Shown one piece after another: positions 52,745 through 64,000 of a DNA stretch of 64,000 bases (position 1 is the first letter of the stretch; every line of letters starts with the position of its first letter). The stretch is from Felis catus (taxonomy: Eukaryota). Below the pieces are notes generated by a model that did not search any database, was not told the origin of the DNA, and worked only from the letters and a program-made list of their open reading frames with translations. The stretch spans positions 50,160,001 through 50,224,000 of the forward strand of contig NC_058382.1 of assembly GCF_018350175.1 (NCBI RefSeq), read 5' to 3'. A program made the position numbers and the translations under genes.

Positions 52745-53528
52745 GTCTACATAAAGGAAAAAACCATTTTCCTATACTCCTAACACTCGGATACCACATG
52801 TGGGTTTTCCCCCGAAACCAATTTTTAAACTCTGTGGACACCAATTGGTTGTGTTGCAATTCAGTTAGGAAGCTAACAAGATAGAATTAGTACAGAGTTA
52901 AGGGCTCAGTCCCACAATATTGCTGTGATGTCAGATGCCAGTCACAAGTTTTAGGTTGTTGCCTGTACTTCTGACCAACCAGTTACAAATTAGGAGTTCC
53001 TGTAACCCCCTCCTCAGGTACCAAAATTTGCTTATAATGGCTCCCAGAACTCAAGGAAACACTTAGGCCTGCTGTTTTATTATAAAGGATTTAAAAAAAG
53101 ATACAGATGAAAAGCAAGATAAAGCGGTACATAGGGCAAGGTCTGGAAGGGTCCCAAGTACAGTGGCTTCTGTCTCCTTGGTATTGGGATGTGTCCCCAT
53201 CCTCGCATGTGGATGTATTCACAAACTCAGAAGTTCTCTGAACCTCCTACTTGAGGAACTTTTATGGAGGCTTCATCACATCGTCATGATTGACTATTAA
53301 CTTAACCTCTAGTTCTTCTTTCCTCCTTGGAGAATAGGGGAGGGCGCTGAAAGTTCCAAGCCTGTAATCATGCTTGGTCTTTTTGGTGACCACTCACCAT
53401 CCAGGAGCCCAACAAGAATTGTCTCATTTGAATTAAATATATTCCTATTACCCAGAAATTCCAAGGGATTTAGGAACTCTGTGTCTGGAACCAGAGAGAG
53501 ACCAAATATATATTTCTTCTTATGTCAC
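52745..53528 (-). mobile_element. MER21(C)-like LTR
   Basis: ttaagggctcagtcccacaa, ttttatggaggcttcatcac, gaaattccaagggatttagga, ending accaaatatatatttcttcttatgtcaca. Confidence 0.85.
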
Positions 53529-54800
53529 AGTCCATACCCTGGTCTCAGGCCATGGACCCCTTAGAGCAAAGTCATTGTATTTTTCAGATCATTTACATTT
53601 GATATAGTATTTATAGAATAGATATAGCAATAGCACCAACACAAATATGCCTAACATTTGGAGAAGGCAGTGTGAGATAGAGATGGGTTTAAAGAAACAA
53701 CTAATTTGTCTCAAAAAGGTATTACATATATTTTCATATTCTTGTACATCTGATAATTCCCCCCTCCCCCCTTGATCTACTGCTCTTTGTACATCAAGAT
53801 AAACTTATGTAGAACTGTTTAGCACAGAAACAAGCTGATGGTTAGCTAGATTCAGTTCTTCTTTAGGCCAGTTATTTTCTAAGGATATTACATCCTGAGG
53901 AGGTGTTAGCTTATTCTCCCAGTGCACTGGATCATCAACATGAGTGTTATCATAAGACTTAATTTACATGAGGTAATTGAATCCTATCAAATCTAGTATT
54001 ATACCATATCACAGTGTGATCATGGCACCATTCAGTTTCATTACAGAAAAAATCAGTAAGAATTGCTGAGGTATTTGCTTTGCCTACCCAACAAAAATCT
54101 ACCTTTGCTCATAAACAAGATCTTATTGAGGACAGGCATCATTTCACTTGGCTCTCACTCACTTGTGTATGGGTTCTAAGTTAATTAGAGACCAAGCCAG
54201 TTACCCTGCCTCACCTCACAGGCTTATATGAAGACTGATTTCCTGTGTGTGTTGCTACATAGCAGGATCCAATCCGCTTCTATGGGGGAGGACATGAGCA
54301 GTACTTTGATTAGTTTCTATCCCTACTAACTGTATTAGAAGACATGTTTTATTTTAATGTATTCTTTGTACAAGAGTAATCATAGTACATTGATGTAAAT
54401 TACAAGTGCCACCACAGAACTTCCATACATTTGGAGGGTCATAAGATTCCCATAGGTGTGCCTCTACAGCCTCAGCAGCTAGGATTGAGGACCATTGCTT
54501 AATGGCCACTTCAGACTCCATTTGTATTAAAATAGTCAAGGGACCCTGTTGGGTCAGGGTACAGGTCTTTACCCAATGCTGGATTCTAGCATTATCCAGA
54601 ATTATTGAGTTATAGCACCCATTTTAATATCTCTTAAACCTCTATCTCTCTACAGCTATTGCCATTTCTGTTTCTCCTCACAGCAGTATTCCTAAAAATA
54701 TTGCTTAAACTATATAATTAAAGAACTTCATTTCCTCATCTCACATTTTTTAACTCTTAGTGTACAAGGAAAGATAGTCATTATTTATCATTAGGGTTTA
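53529..54800 (-). mobile_element. Probable degenerate ERV internal sequence next to the MER21-like LTR
   Basis: On the - strand the LTR is preceded by gaccagggtatggac|TGT, resembling a polypurine-tract/3'LTR junction; extent uncertain. Confidence 0.45.
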
Positions 54801-54832
54801 ATGGACTATCATCTATTTAAAACGTTATTAGT

Positions 54833-55057
54833 GGGGCGCCTGAGTGGCTTGGTTGGTTAAGTGTCCGATTTCTGCTCAGGTCATGATCTCACGGTTTGTG
54901 AGTTTGAGCCCTGCGTTGGGCTCTGGGCTGACAGCTCAGAGCCTGGAGCCTATTTCAGATTCTGTGTCTCCCTGTGTCTGCCCCTCTGATGCTTGCACTC
55001 TGTCTCTTGCATTGTCTCAAAAATAAATAAATGTTACAAAAATTAAAAAATAAAATA
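54833..55057 (+). mobile_element. Can-SINE
   Basis: ggggcgcctgagtggct head, A-rich tail. Confidence 0.94.
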
Positions 55058-56099
55058 TTATTTCTACAAATAATTTAAAGACAATACAGGGAGAGAGAAT
55101 TACTGTTAAAAATTATAATAAACATTAAACATAGCAAATCTCTGTGTATAAAATAATTTTTGCTACATTCATCTCATTAAAGATAAAGGAATATTGCCAC
55201 ATACTGTTTGTTTTTTTTTTTTAGCAAAAAGAGATGGTCCAGGTTTTTGTCACAAAAAAAATTGTATGATAATGTCCTTCCTATTAAATGATTAAATAGA
55301 TGACAATGCTATATTTCCTTTTTTGTCCTTAGAAGTATATTGTTCAAACATTGATTCTTAAGTTTGAGAAAATTCATCTATAGATGTCATCATCTGAAGG
55401 TTCATAGTCTGATATTTCACTTATATAATCAATTTTATTACCAGTAGATTTCAGAGTAAGCCTGTCTCTTTGTATTCATCTCATTTTTCTAGTGATTGTG
55501 AAATGTCTTGTGTATTTGCTTTGCCATATGGGCAGGAAAAAAATCTGAATTCTCAACTGTGTTCAATGAAAAGTAAAAATAGGCTATAGAGATAGTTTTT
55601 CCTGTCTTTTAAAAATCCTTTGCAAAAGATGATGTAATACTTTGGGTTAACAATTAGAAAATTGAAGAATTATGACTTATTTCACTCTTGGAATATCCTT
55701 TTAGGTTAGTTTAATATTTTTCCATTTTTATATTTTAGTCTCTTTTTTAGCTTACATGGGAATTACTGATGAATAGTGATAAAATGAATTTTAGGATTAT
55801 GAAATAGCAAAATGTTTCAAGATAGAGGAAACATAAGATCACTAAATTCCTGCCTTATCATATACCTTAGATTTATAAGAGTTCAATAGATTCATATGGT
55901 ACTTCAGATAGAATGGGTGTTAGTCTGTTTAAAATAATAAACTTTTATTTTTTGAAATTCTCTAAGACTAGCATAATGAAATATTAATGCTCACCAACAG
56001 AACTCTTCAAAGAAGAAACTCAAAAAGTGAAAATTGGATACAATGGACTCTAATTATATATTGATAAGCCTATTCTTATCAAGCTCTCTACTCCTCACA

Positions 56100-57445
56100 G
56101 ATACAAGGAAATAATCTTTTCCAAGTCATTAGTAACTTGAATCTTGACCAAATGTATAGTCCATTTTGCATTCCCATTGTAATGTAGTTGTTCAGGTTTC
56201 TACATTGCTGACTTCATCTTCCCTCTTGAAATGCTATTCTGAATGATTTTTGTAACATCACTCTCACCTGCTATTCCTTTTTAATCTCTTATTCTTACTC
56301 ATCCCATCTGAACAGTGTGGAGAATCTGCAGTCTCTGTCCTTAGTGTTTCTCTCCATCTATTCTCTTTTAGCAGGTGATCTCATCTAATCCCATCTGTGG
56401 GTTAGATACACCATATTTCATCCACAATACAGTAAAAGGATCATTCACCACAATTCGGGCACTTATTCTGGGAATGCAAGGATAGTTTAATGTCTGCAAA
56501 TCACTGTGATATATATCACATCAACAAAATGAAAGATAAAAACCATATTATCTCAGTAGATGAAAAAAAAGCATTTGGCAAAACTCAACATCCATTCATG
56601 AGAAAAACTCTCAGAGTGCGTTTAGAGGGAACATACCTTAATGTAATAAAGGCTGTATCTGACAAACCCACAGCCAACATCATAGCAGTGAATAGTTGAA
56701 AGCTTTCCCTCTAACACTGGGAACAAGACAAGATGTCTCCTCTTGCCACTTTTATTCATGGTATGGGAGATCCTAGCCACGGTAATCGTATGAGAAAAAG
56801 AAAGAAAAGGTGTAGAGACTCCATATTTCATATGGCTCACACTAAACTATTACATAACCCTCCTCCAAACTGACAATCTCCGTTGTCATGTCTTCCCTTT
56901 CTCAGCAAATAGCAGTGGCATTTACATGTTGCTTGCTACAGACACTTATGAATGATCCTTGATTATTCAATAGTAACCTTAGACATCTCAGTATTCAAAA
57001 CATATTTAAGATAGGGTAACCTTTTACCATCTTCTGTATAATAATGCTAGTCTAAGCAATAATTGTTAGTCACCTGAACCACTGTACCCATCTTCTAAAT
57101 GCTCTCCAATCTTGCTGTCCTGCAACTTAGTTTCTAATTAGCAGCCAGAGACAGTTTTTTTTTTTTTGTCTTGTTTTGTTTTTAAGTAGGTGTCATGCCC
57201 ACTGTGAGGCTTGAACTCTCATGAACTCTCATGAGATTGAGCCAGCCAGGAGCGCCCAGAGAGAGTTTTACAAAGACATTGTTACATTACATTACTCTCC
57301 TTCTTAAAACAGTTGAAGGGTTTCCCATTGCAGCCAGAATAAAATCAAACTTTATATGATCTAGCTCCTACCTGCACCTCTTCTCTTCACTCTTCCCATT
57401 GTTGTATTCTCCAGGCACACTGACCTTCTCTCTGTTTCTCAAACA
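56100..57445 (+). mobile_element. L2 relic interrupted by an L1 fragment and a short SINE (57155-57257, -)
   Basis: Pyrimidine-rich L2-like motifs (ccctcttgaaatgct..., gtgatctcatctaatccc, tttcccattgcagccagaataaaatcaaac). Confidence 0.65.
56422..56812 (+). mobile_element. Isolated internal L1 ORF2 (RT domain) fragment with TSD
   Basis: [28 protein letters not shown]...[11 protein letters not shown] at 56403-56421 and 56813-56831. Confidence 0.88.
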
Positions 57446-58937
57446 CTTTGGAGAAAATTTTAATTGTCTTTCTTCCTAATACATTAAAGGAAGAATACCA
57501 CAAGAAGCCATCTCTATTTGGACCCTCCCATTTTACCAGAATAGTGAAAGTTCTGTATTATAGGACTATAGTCAAAGCATCCTCACATCTGATGAATCTA
57601 TTGCATTATTCCTCCTTCTTGGAGAGAAAAAGGAATTTGTGAGTGGTGTGGCCAGTTTTGGATTATGTGCTAATTATCTGTGTTATAAATTAAAACATAT
57701 ATCATGGTACATATAGAGTCAGAACTCAGTAGAAGGCACATATCATTCATTGTTGGTTATGAGAACCAGGGGCCTACTTGTGCAAGAAGTCTTACCAGTA
57801 GGGAAAAATAAAACTTGTATCTACCTCAGTGTTTAGAAAAATTGTTTTTTTACTGTGACATATAGTAAGACATGTATTTTACCTTATAGCCCATTCATTC
57901 ATTAGTCTGTAACTTTTCATGTCAAGTACTAAAGTGTTAAATCTGGAACATGAAGGCTAAGACCAATAATAATAACATAATAATAATAGCTAGTATTAAT
58001 TGAGTGCTTTTTATCCCCAACATCTAGTGTGGAATTATCTCTAGTGAGGTTGAGTTACTATTGAACTGTGGAATATAACTTTTGTGGGATTAGCTCTACT
58101 CACATACTGGATTGTCTTGCATTTACTAATTTTTCTATAAATGATGCTTGAAGTAGTCTAGTGGGGAAAAGCTGAAATACTGACTGAAATAGTTTAACAG
58201 TGAAGCTTATTCTAGATGAAATAAGGAACCAATTTTAATGACTCCTTTGTGGCCAGTGTAACTTTTCTATCTCATACAGGGTTTGGAGATATTTTATTAT
58301 TATTTTTTTTGTCTTTATTATGGTCTAAGAGAATGGACTAGTTTTCAATAATTGCTGTATCTCTTCTTCATATTTAAATGTTTTTTCTCCTTTCTCTTAT
58401 GGTCACAGTGTTTCCCGTAAAGCTTGTCTTTTGAGAGCACAGAATGAAAGCAGCCTTATGGAGGGAGTTAGTTTTATTTTCTGGCAGTCTAGAGTGAAAG
58501 TTCCTTGTAGAATAGTGTTCCTGTGTTCAAAGTGGCTTCAGTAAGGTCCCTGAAAGTAGAGGATGAGCTTCCAGGGCTGAGGTCCACCTTAACCAGGACT
58601 CCCAGGTGGAGGGATGCCATTTTACATGAATGATGATAAAGAAAAAGGTTTTCAATGAGGAAAGCCTAGAGGAAGCCAGGTGGAGCTGAGGAAACCGAGC
58701 TCACATGGAGAAAAAGGAGACAGGAAGCTTGTGGATGCTTGGCCAAGATGGGAATTTGGAGAAGTAAGTAGAGAGTTTTTGAGTTATTTTCAGTGAAGAT
58801 TGTTGTTCATCTCCCTGTCAAGATACGTAACAATTTTCACATTGCTCTGTGGTGTTTTTATGTGAGTTTGTTCTTTCAGGGAAGCTGTAAGAGGAAGAGG
58901 ACATAGCCAACACCTGGTGTCCAGAGCAGTCCTAGGA

Positions 58938-59108
58938 CAGTTGATCCTTCAACAAGGCGGTTTGAACTGTGTGGTCTACCTAACTGCAGATTTTTTTGAT
59001 TAATATAGTCCAGTACTATAAATGTATTTTCTCTCCCTTATGATTTTCTTAATAACATTTTTTCCTCTAGCTTACCTTACTGTAAGAATATGGTAAAATG
59101 TATATTAA
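58938..59108 (+). mobile_element. Tigger2a/MER28-like DNA transposon fragment
   Basis: cagttgatccttcaacaaggcggtttgaactg...aaatgtattttctctcccttatgattttcttaataacattttttcctctagcttac. Confidence 0.8.
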
Positions 59109-59639
59109 ATACTTTGGAGATATTAATAAAGGTCTATTTCCTTCCCACTGGTCCATCATTCCAGAGATACCTACTGGGCTCTGTGAGGAAGAATTTGTTA
59201 ACTCTCCAAAAATGTCCTTTCAGACTCTCAGGGCTCAAATGTAGTGTAAAATAGTATTTTTCCTTCTGCTCCTACTTACTGACTTGAAAGGGCCAACTGG
59301 TGCCATAATATGTATTTGTTGCTTGTGTATACGACCATGCCTCTGTTTTCTAGTAGAATTTGACCTTTTTCTCTGGGTGTCTACACTGGCCCCCTGTTTA
59401 TTATCTATTTCTTTAGAAGCTGATCTCATCCTCTGTTCCATTCCTTACGCACAGAGCTTGATAAAGGAATGAAAGTATAGCCGAAGGCAATCTAATCACA
59501 ATGAATCTTACTTTTTAAAAACTATTTTTATTTGTAGTTTTTTTTTTTTTTACCGTAACAGGCAATGTTGCAATAAGCACAGTTACACATTTATTTTAGA
59601 TACAAGTGTTATTACAGTAGGACAGAGTCCCAAAGTAGT

Positions 59640-62600
59640 CACATCTTCTTTATCCATTCATCTATCCAGTCGATAGACATTTGGGCTCTTGCCATAATTT
59701 AGCTATTGCTGATAATGCTGCTATAAGTGCATGTGCCCCTTCAAATCAGCATTTTTGTGTTCTTTGGATAAATACCTAGTAGTGCAATTGCTGGGTCATA
59801 GGGTAGTTCTATTTTTATTTTTTTGAGGAACCTCCATAGTGTTCTCCAGAATGGCTGTACCAGTTTGCATTCCCACCAGCAGTGCAAAAGTGTTCCCCTT
59901 TCTTCACATCCTTGCCAACATCTGTTGTTTCCTGAGTTGTTAATTTTAGCCATTCTGACAGGTGTGAGATGGTATCTCATTGTAGTTTTGGTACGTATTT
60001 CCCTGATGCTGAGTGATATTGAGCATCTTTTCATGTGTCTCTTAGCTATCTGGATGTCTTCTTTGGAAAAGTGTCATGTCTTTTGCCTATTTCTTCACTG
60101 GATCACTTGTTTTTGGTGTTGAATTTGATAACTTATTTATAGATTTTGGATACTAATCCTTTATCTGATATGTCATTTGCAAATATCTTCTCCCATTCCG
60201 TTAGTTGCCTTTTGGTTTTAGTGATTGTTTCCTTTGCTGTGTAGAAGCTTTTTATATTGGTGAGGTCCCAGTAGCTCATTTTTGCTTTTGTTTGCCATGC
60301 TTCCTGAGATATGTCTAGTAAGAAGTTGCTGCAAATGAGGTCAAAGATGTTGTTGCCTGTTTTCTCCTCTAGGATTTTGATGGTTTCATGTCTTACATTT
60401 AGGTCTTTTATCCATTTTGAACTTACTTTTGTATATGGTATAAGAGGGTAGTCCAGGTTCATTCTTCTGCATGTTGCTGTCCAGTTTTCCCAGCACCATT
60501 TACTGAAGAGACTGTCTTTTTTCCATTGGATATTCTTTCCTGCTTTGTCAAAGATTAGTTGGCCATACATTTGTGGGTCCATTTCTGGGTTCTCTGTTCT
60601 GTTCCATTGATCTCTGTGTCTGTTTTTGTGCCAGTACCATCTGTCTTGATTATAGCTTCGTAATATAGCTTGATGTTTGGAATTGTGATGCCTCCAACAC
60701 TGGTTTTCCTTTTCAACAGTACTTTGGTATTTGGGGTCTTTTCTGGTACCATACAGATTTTAGCATTGTTTGTTCTAGCTCTGTGAAGAATGCTGGTATT
60801 ATTTTTATAAGGATTGCTTTGGGTGGTATAAATATTTTAACAATATTTGTTCTTCTGATCCATTAGCGTGGAATCTTATTCCATTTCTTCATGTTCTTCA
60901 ATTTCTTTCATAAGCTTTCTATAGGTTCCAGTGTACAGATCTTTTACCTCTTTGGTTAGGTTTATTCATAGGTACTTTACAGTTTTTGGTGCAATTGGAA
61001 ATGAGATCAATTCCTTGATTTCTCTTTCTGCTGATTCATTATTGGTATATAGAAATGCAACCAATTTCCGGGGTGTCTGGGTGCCTCAGTTGGTTAAATG
61101 TCTGACTTCAGCTCAGGTCATGATCTCATGGTTCATGGGTTCGAGCCCCATGTCGGACTCTGTGCAGACAGCTCAGAGCCTGGAGCCTACTTCAGATTCT
61201 GTGTCTCCCTCTCTCTGCCCCTTCTCCAGCTCATACTCTGTCTCTGTCACTCTCAAAAATAAATAAACATTAAAAAAAAAAAAAGAAATGCAACCAAGTT
61301 CTGTACATTGATTTTATATCCTGTGACTTTGCTGAATTCATGGATCAACTCTAGCAGTTTTTGGTGCAGTCTTTTGGGTTTTCCATGTAGAGTATCATGT
61401 CATCTGTGAAGAGTGAAAGTTTGACTTCTTCCTTGCTGATTTGGATGCTTTTTATTTCTTGTTGTCATCTGATTGCTGAGGCTAGGACTTCCATCACTAT
61501 GTTCAAGAAGAGCAGTGAGAGTGGACAGCACTGTTGTGTTCCTGACCTTAGGGGGAAAGCTCACTGTTTCTCTCCATTGAGGATGATCTTAGCAGTGAGT
61601 CTTTTGTATATGGCCTTTATGATGTTGAGATATTTTCCATCTATCCCTATTTTCTTGAGGGTTTTTTTTTTTTATCAAGAAAAGATGCTGTATTCTTTCA
61701 AATGCTTTTTCTGCATCTGTTGAAAGGATTGTGTGGCTCTTGTCCTTTCTTTTATTAATCTGATGTATCACATTGATTTGTGAATATTGAGCCACGCCTG
61801 TAGCCTAGGAATAAATCCCACTTGATCATGGTGAATAATTCTCTTAATGTACTGCTGGATTTAGTTAGCTAGTATCTTGCTGAGAATTTTTGCAACCATG
61901 TTCATCAGAGAAATTGGTCTGTAATTCTCCTTCTTAGTGGTCTTTGGGTTTGGAATCAAGGTAATGTTGAGTTCATAGAATGAGTTCAGAAGTTTTCTGT
62001 TCATTTCTATTTTTTGTAACAGCTTTAAAAGAATAGGTATTAACTCTTCTTTAAATGTTTGGTAGAATGCCTCTGGAAAGCCATCTGACCCTGGACTCCT
62101 GTTGTTTTTTTGTTTTGTTTTCGGGGAGAGGGGGGTGGCGAGATGTTTGATTACTGAATGAATTTCTTTGCTGGTTGTGGGTCTGTTCAAATATTCCGTT
62201 TCTTCCTGTTTCAGTTTTGGTAGTTTTTATGTTTCTAGGAATTTGTCCATTTCTTCTAGATTGTCCAATTTGTTGGCATATAAATTGCTGGTAATATTCT
62301 CTTATTGTTTGTATTTCTGCAGTGTTGGTTGTGATCTCTCACCTTTCATTTGTGATTTTATTTATTTGGCTTTCTCCTTTTGATCAGTAGGGCTAGGGGG
62401 TTATCAATTTTGTTAATTCTTTCAAAGAACCAGCTCCTGGTTTTGTTGATCCATTTCATTTTTTTTTAATTTTATTATTGATTTCTGCTCTAATCTTTGA
62501 GAATTTTTTAAAAATTTATTTATTTTTGAGAGAGAGTGAGAGTGTGAGTGAGCAGGGGAGTGGCAGAGAGGAGGGCAAGAGAATCCCAGTAGGGTCCACA

Positions 62601-63132
62601 CCATCAGTGCAGAGTCTGAGGCAGGGCTCAAGGTCACAAACTGTGAGGTCATGGCCTGAGCCAAAATCAAGAGTCAGACACTTAACTGACTGAGCCACCC
62701 AGGCACCCTGATTACTGCTCTAATCTTTATTCTTTCTTTTCTTTTGCTGTCTTGTGATTTATTTACTGTTCTTTTTACAGCTCCTTTAGATGTAACATTA
62801 GGTTGTGTATTTGAGACATTTCTTCCTTCTTTAGGAGAGTTTGTATTGCTTTATATTTCCCTCTTATGACCACTTGTGCTGCGTCCCTGAGGTTTTGTAC
62901 TGTCAGGTTTTTATTTTCATTGGCTTCCACGTACTTTTTAATTTCCTCTTTAATTTTTTGTTTAACCCATTCATTCTTTAGTAGGATGCTCTTTATCTCC
63001 AAGTATTTGTGTCTTTCCAATTTTTTTTTCTTGTGGTTAGATCAAGTTTCATAGTGTTGTGCTCTGAAAGTATGCATGATATGATCTCATTCCTTTTGTA
63101 CTTGTTGAGGGCTTATTTGTAACCCAGTATGT
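59640..63132 (-). mobile_element. L1 ORF2 (non-inverted part, 3' end lost), with SINEs at 61070-61283 (+) and 62500-62708 (-)
   Basis: ORF2 peptides ([46 protein letters not shown]); SINE TSDs agaaatgcaaccaa(t/g)ttc and tgatt(t/a)ctgctctaatcttt. Confidence 0.96.
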
Positions 63133-63985
63133 AGTAGCAGGATATATTCAATGTGATGAATCAGAAAAATATGCTGTGAATAATTCTCTATCCAGCAAGG
63201 TTTTAATTCAAAATAGAAGGAAAGATAAAGAGTTTCCAGAAAAACAAAAACTAAAGGAGTTTGTGACCACTAAACCAGCCCTATGAGAAATTTTAAGGGG
63301 CATTCTTTGAGTGGAGAAAAAAATAAAACAAGACCAAAAGCCCACAAAGACTAGAAAGGACCAGAGAACATCACCAGAAACACCAACTGTACAAACTATA
63401 CAATGGCACTAAATTCATATCTTTCAATTCTAAATGTAATTAGACTAAATGCTCCAGTCACAACACACTGGGTATCAGAATGGATAAAAGATCAAGACCT
63501 ATCTATATGCTGCCTGCAAGAGACTCATTTTAGTCCTAAAGACACCTGCAGATTGAAAGTTAGGGACTGGAGAACTGTCTATCATGCTAATGGACATCAT
63601 ACTTATATCAGACAAACTAGATATTAAAACAAGACTGTAAGAAGAGATGAAGAAGGACATTATATCATAATTAAAGGATCTTTCCTCCCAGAACATCTAA
63701 CAATTATAAACATTGATGCCCCCAACTTGAAAGCACCAAAATATATACATCAATTAATAACAAATAAAAAGAAACTCATTGATAATAATACCATAATAGT
63801 AGAGGACTTTAACTCCCCAGTTACAGCAATGGACAAATCATCTAAGCAGGAAATCAATAAGGAAACAATAGCTTTGAATGGCACATGGACCAGATGGAAT
63901 TAACACATATATTTAGAACATTTTATCCTAAAGCATATACATTCTTCTCAAGTGTACATGGAAAATTTTCTGGAGTAGATAACAT
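63133..63985 (+). mobile_element. Inverted 5' part of the same L1 (ORF1 end plus ORF2 endonuclease)
   Basis: ORF 63403-63627 MALNSYLSILNVIRLNAP...ICCLQETHF is the L1 EN N-terminus; ends exactly where the - segment begins in L1 coordinates. Confidence 0.93.
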
Positions 63986-64000
63986 TTTAAATTTTAATAC

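Overview
AT-rich mammalian genomic DNA from a cat or other felid, identified by felid-type Can-SINEs and felid/carnivore LINE-1s. I recognise no protein-coding gene, true tRNA/rRNA gene or CRISPR array. Nearly all long ORFs in the track are broken L1 ORF2 pieces or antisense readings of SINEs and microsatellites. The window holds about 33 Can-SINEs (28 on -, 5 on +), several L1 copies of different ages, ERV/MaLR LTRs (MLT1A-, MLT2B- and MER21-like), MER5A1- and Tigger2-like DNA transposon relics, MIR/L2 relics and a 35-nt U2 snRNA retrocopy. The strand bias suggests an intron of a + strand gene. The most notable structure is an inverted pair of L1s (about 11.4-12.8 kb on +, 14.6-19.8 kb on -). 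They are almost identical over about 1 kb, including shared lesions, but clearly diverged on both sides, and their target-site duplication (TSD) appears swapped. This points to gene conversion plus a possible inversion of the spacer. Other oddities are a twin-primed L1, a TSD-flanked internal L1 ORF2 fragment, re-used insertion sites and a 137-bp local duplication. I found no evidence of a new gene system. Repeat subfamily names are from recall of consensus sequences, not from a database search.
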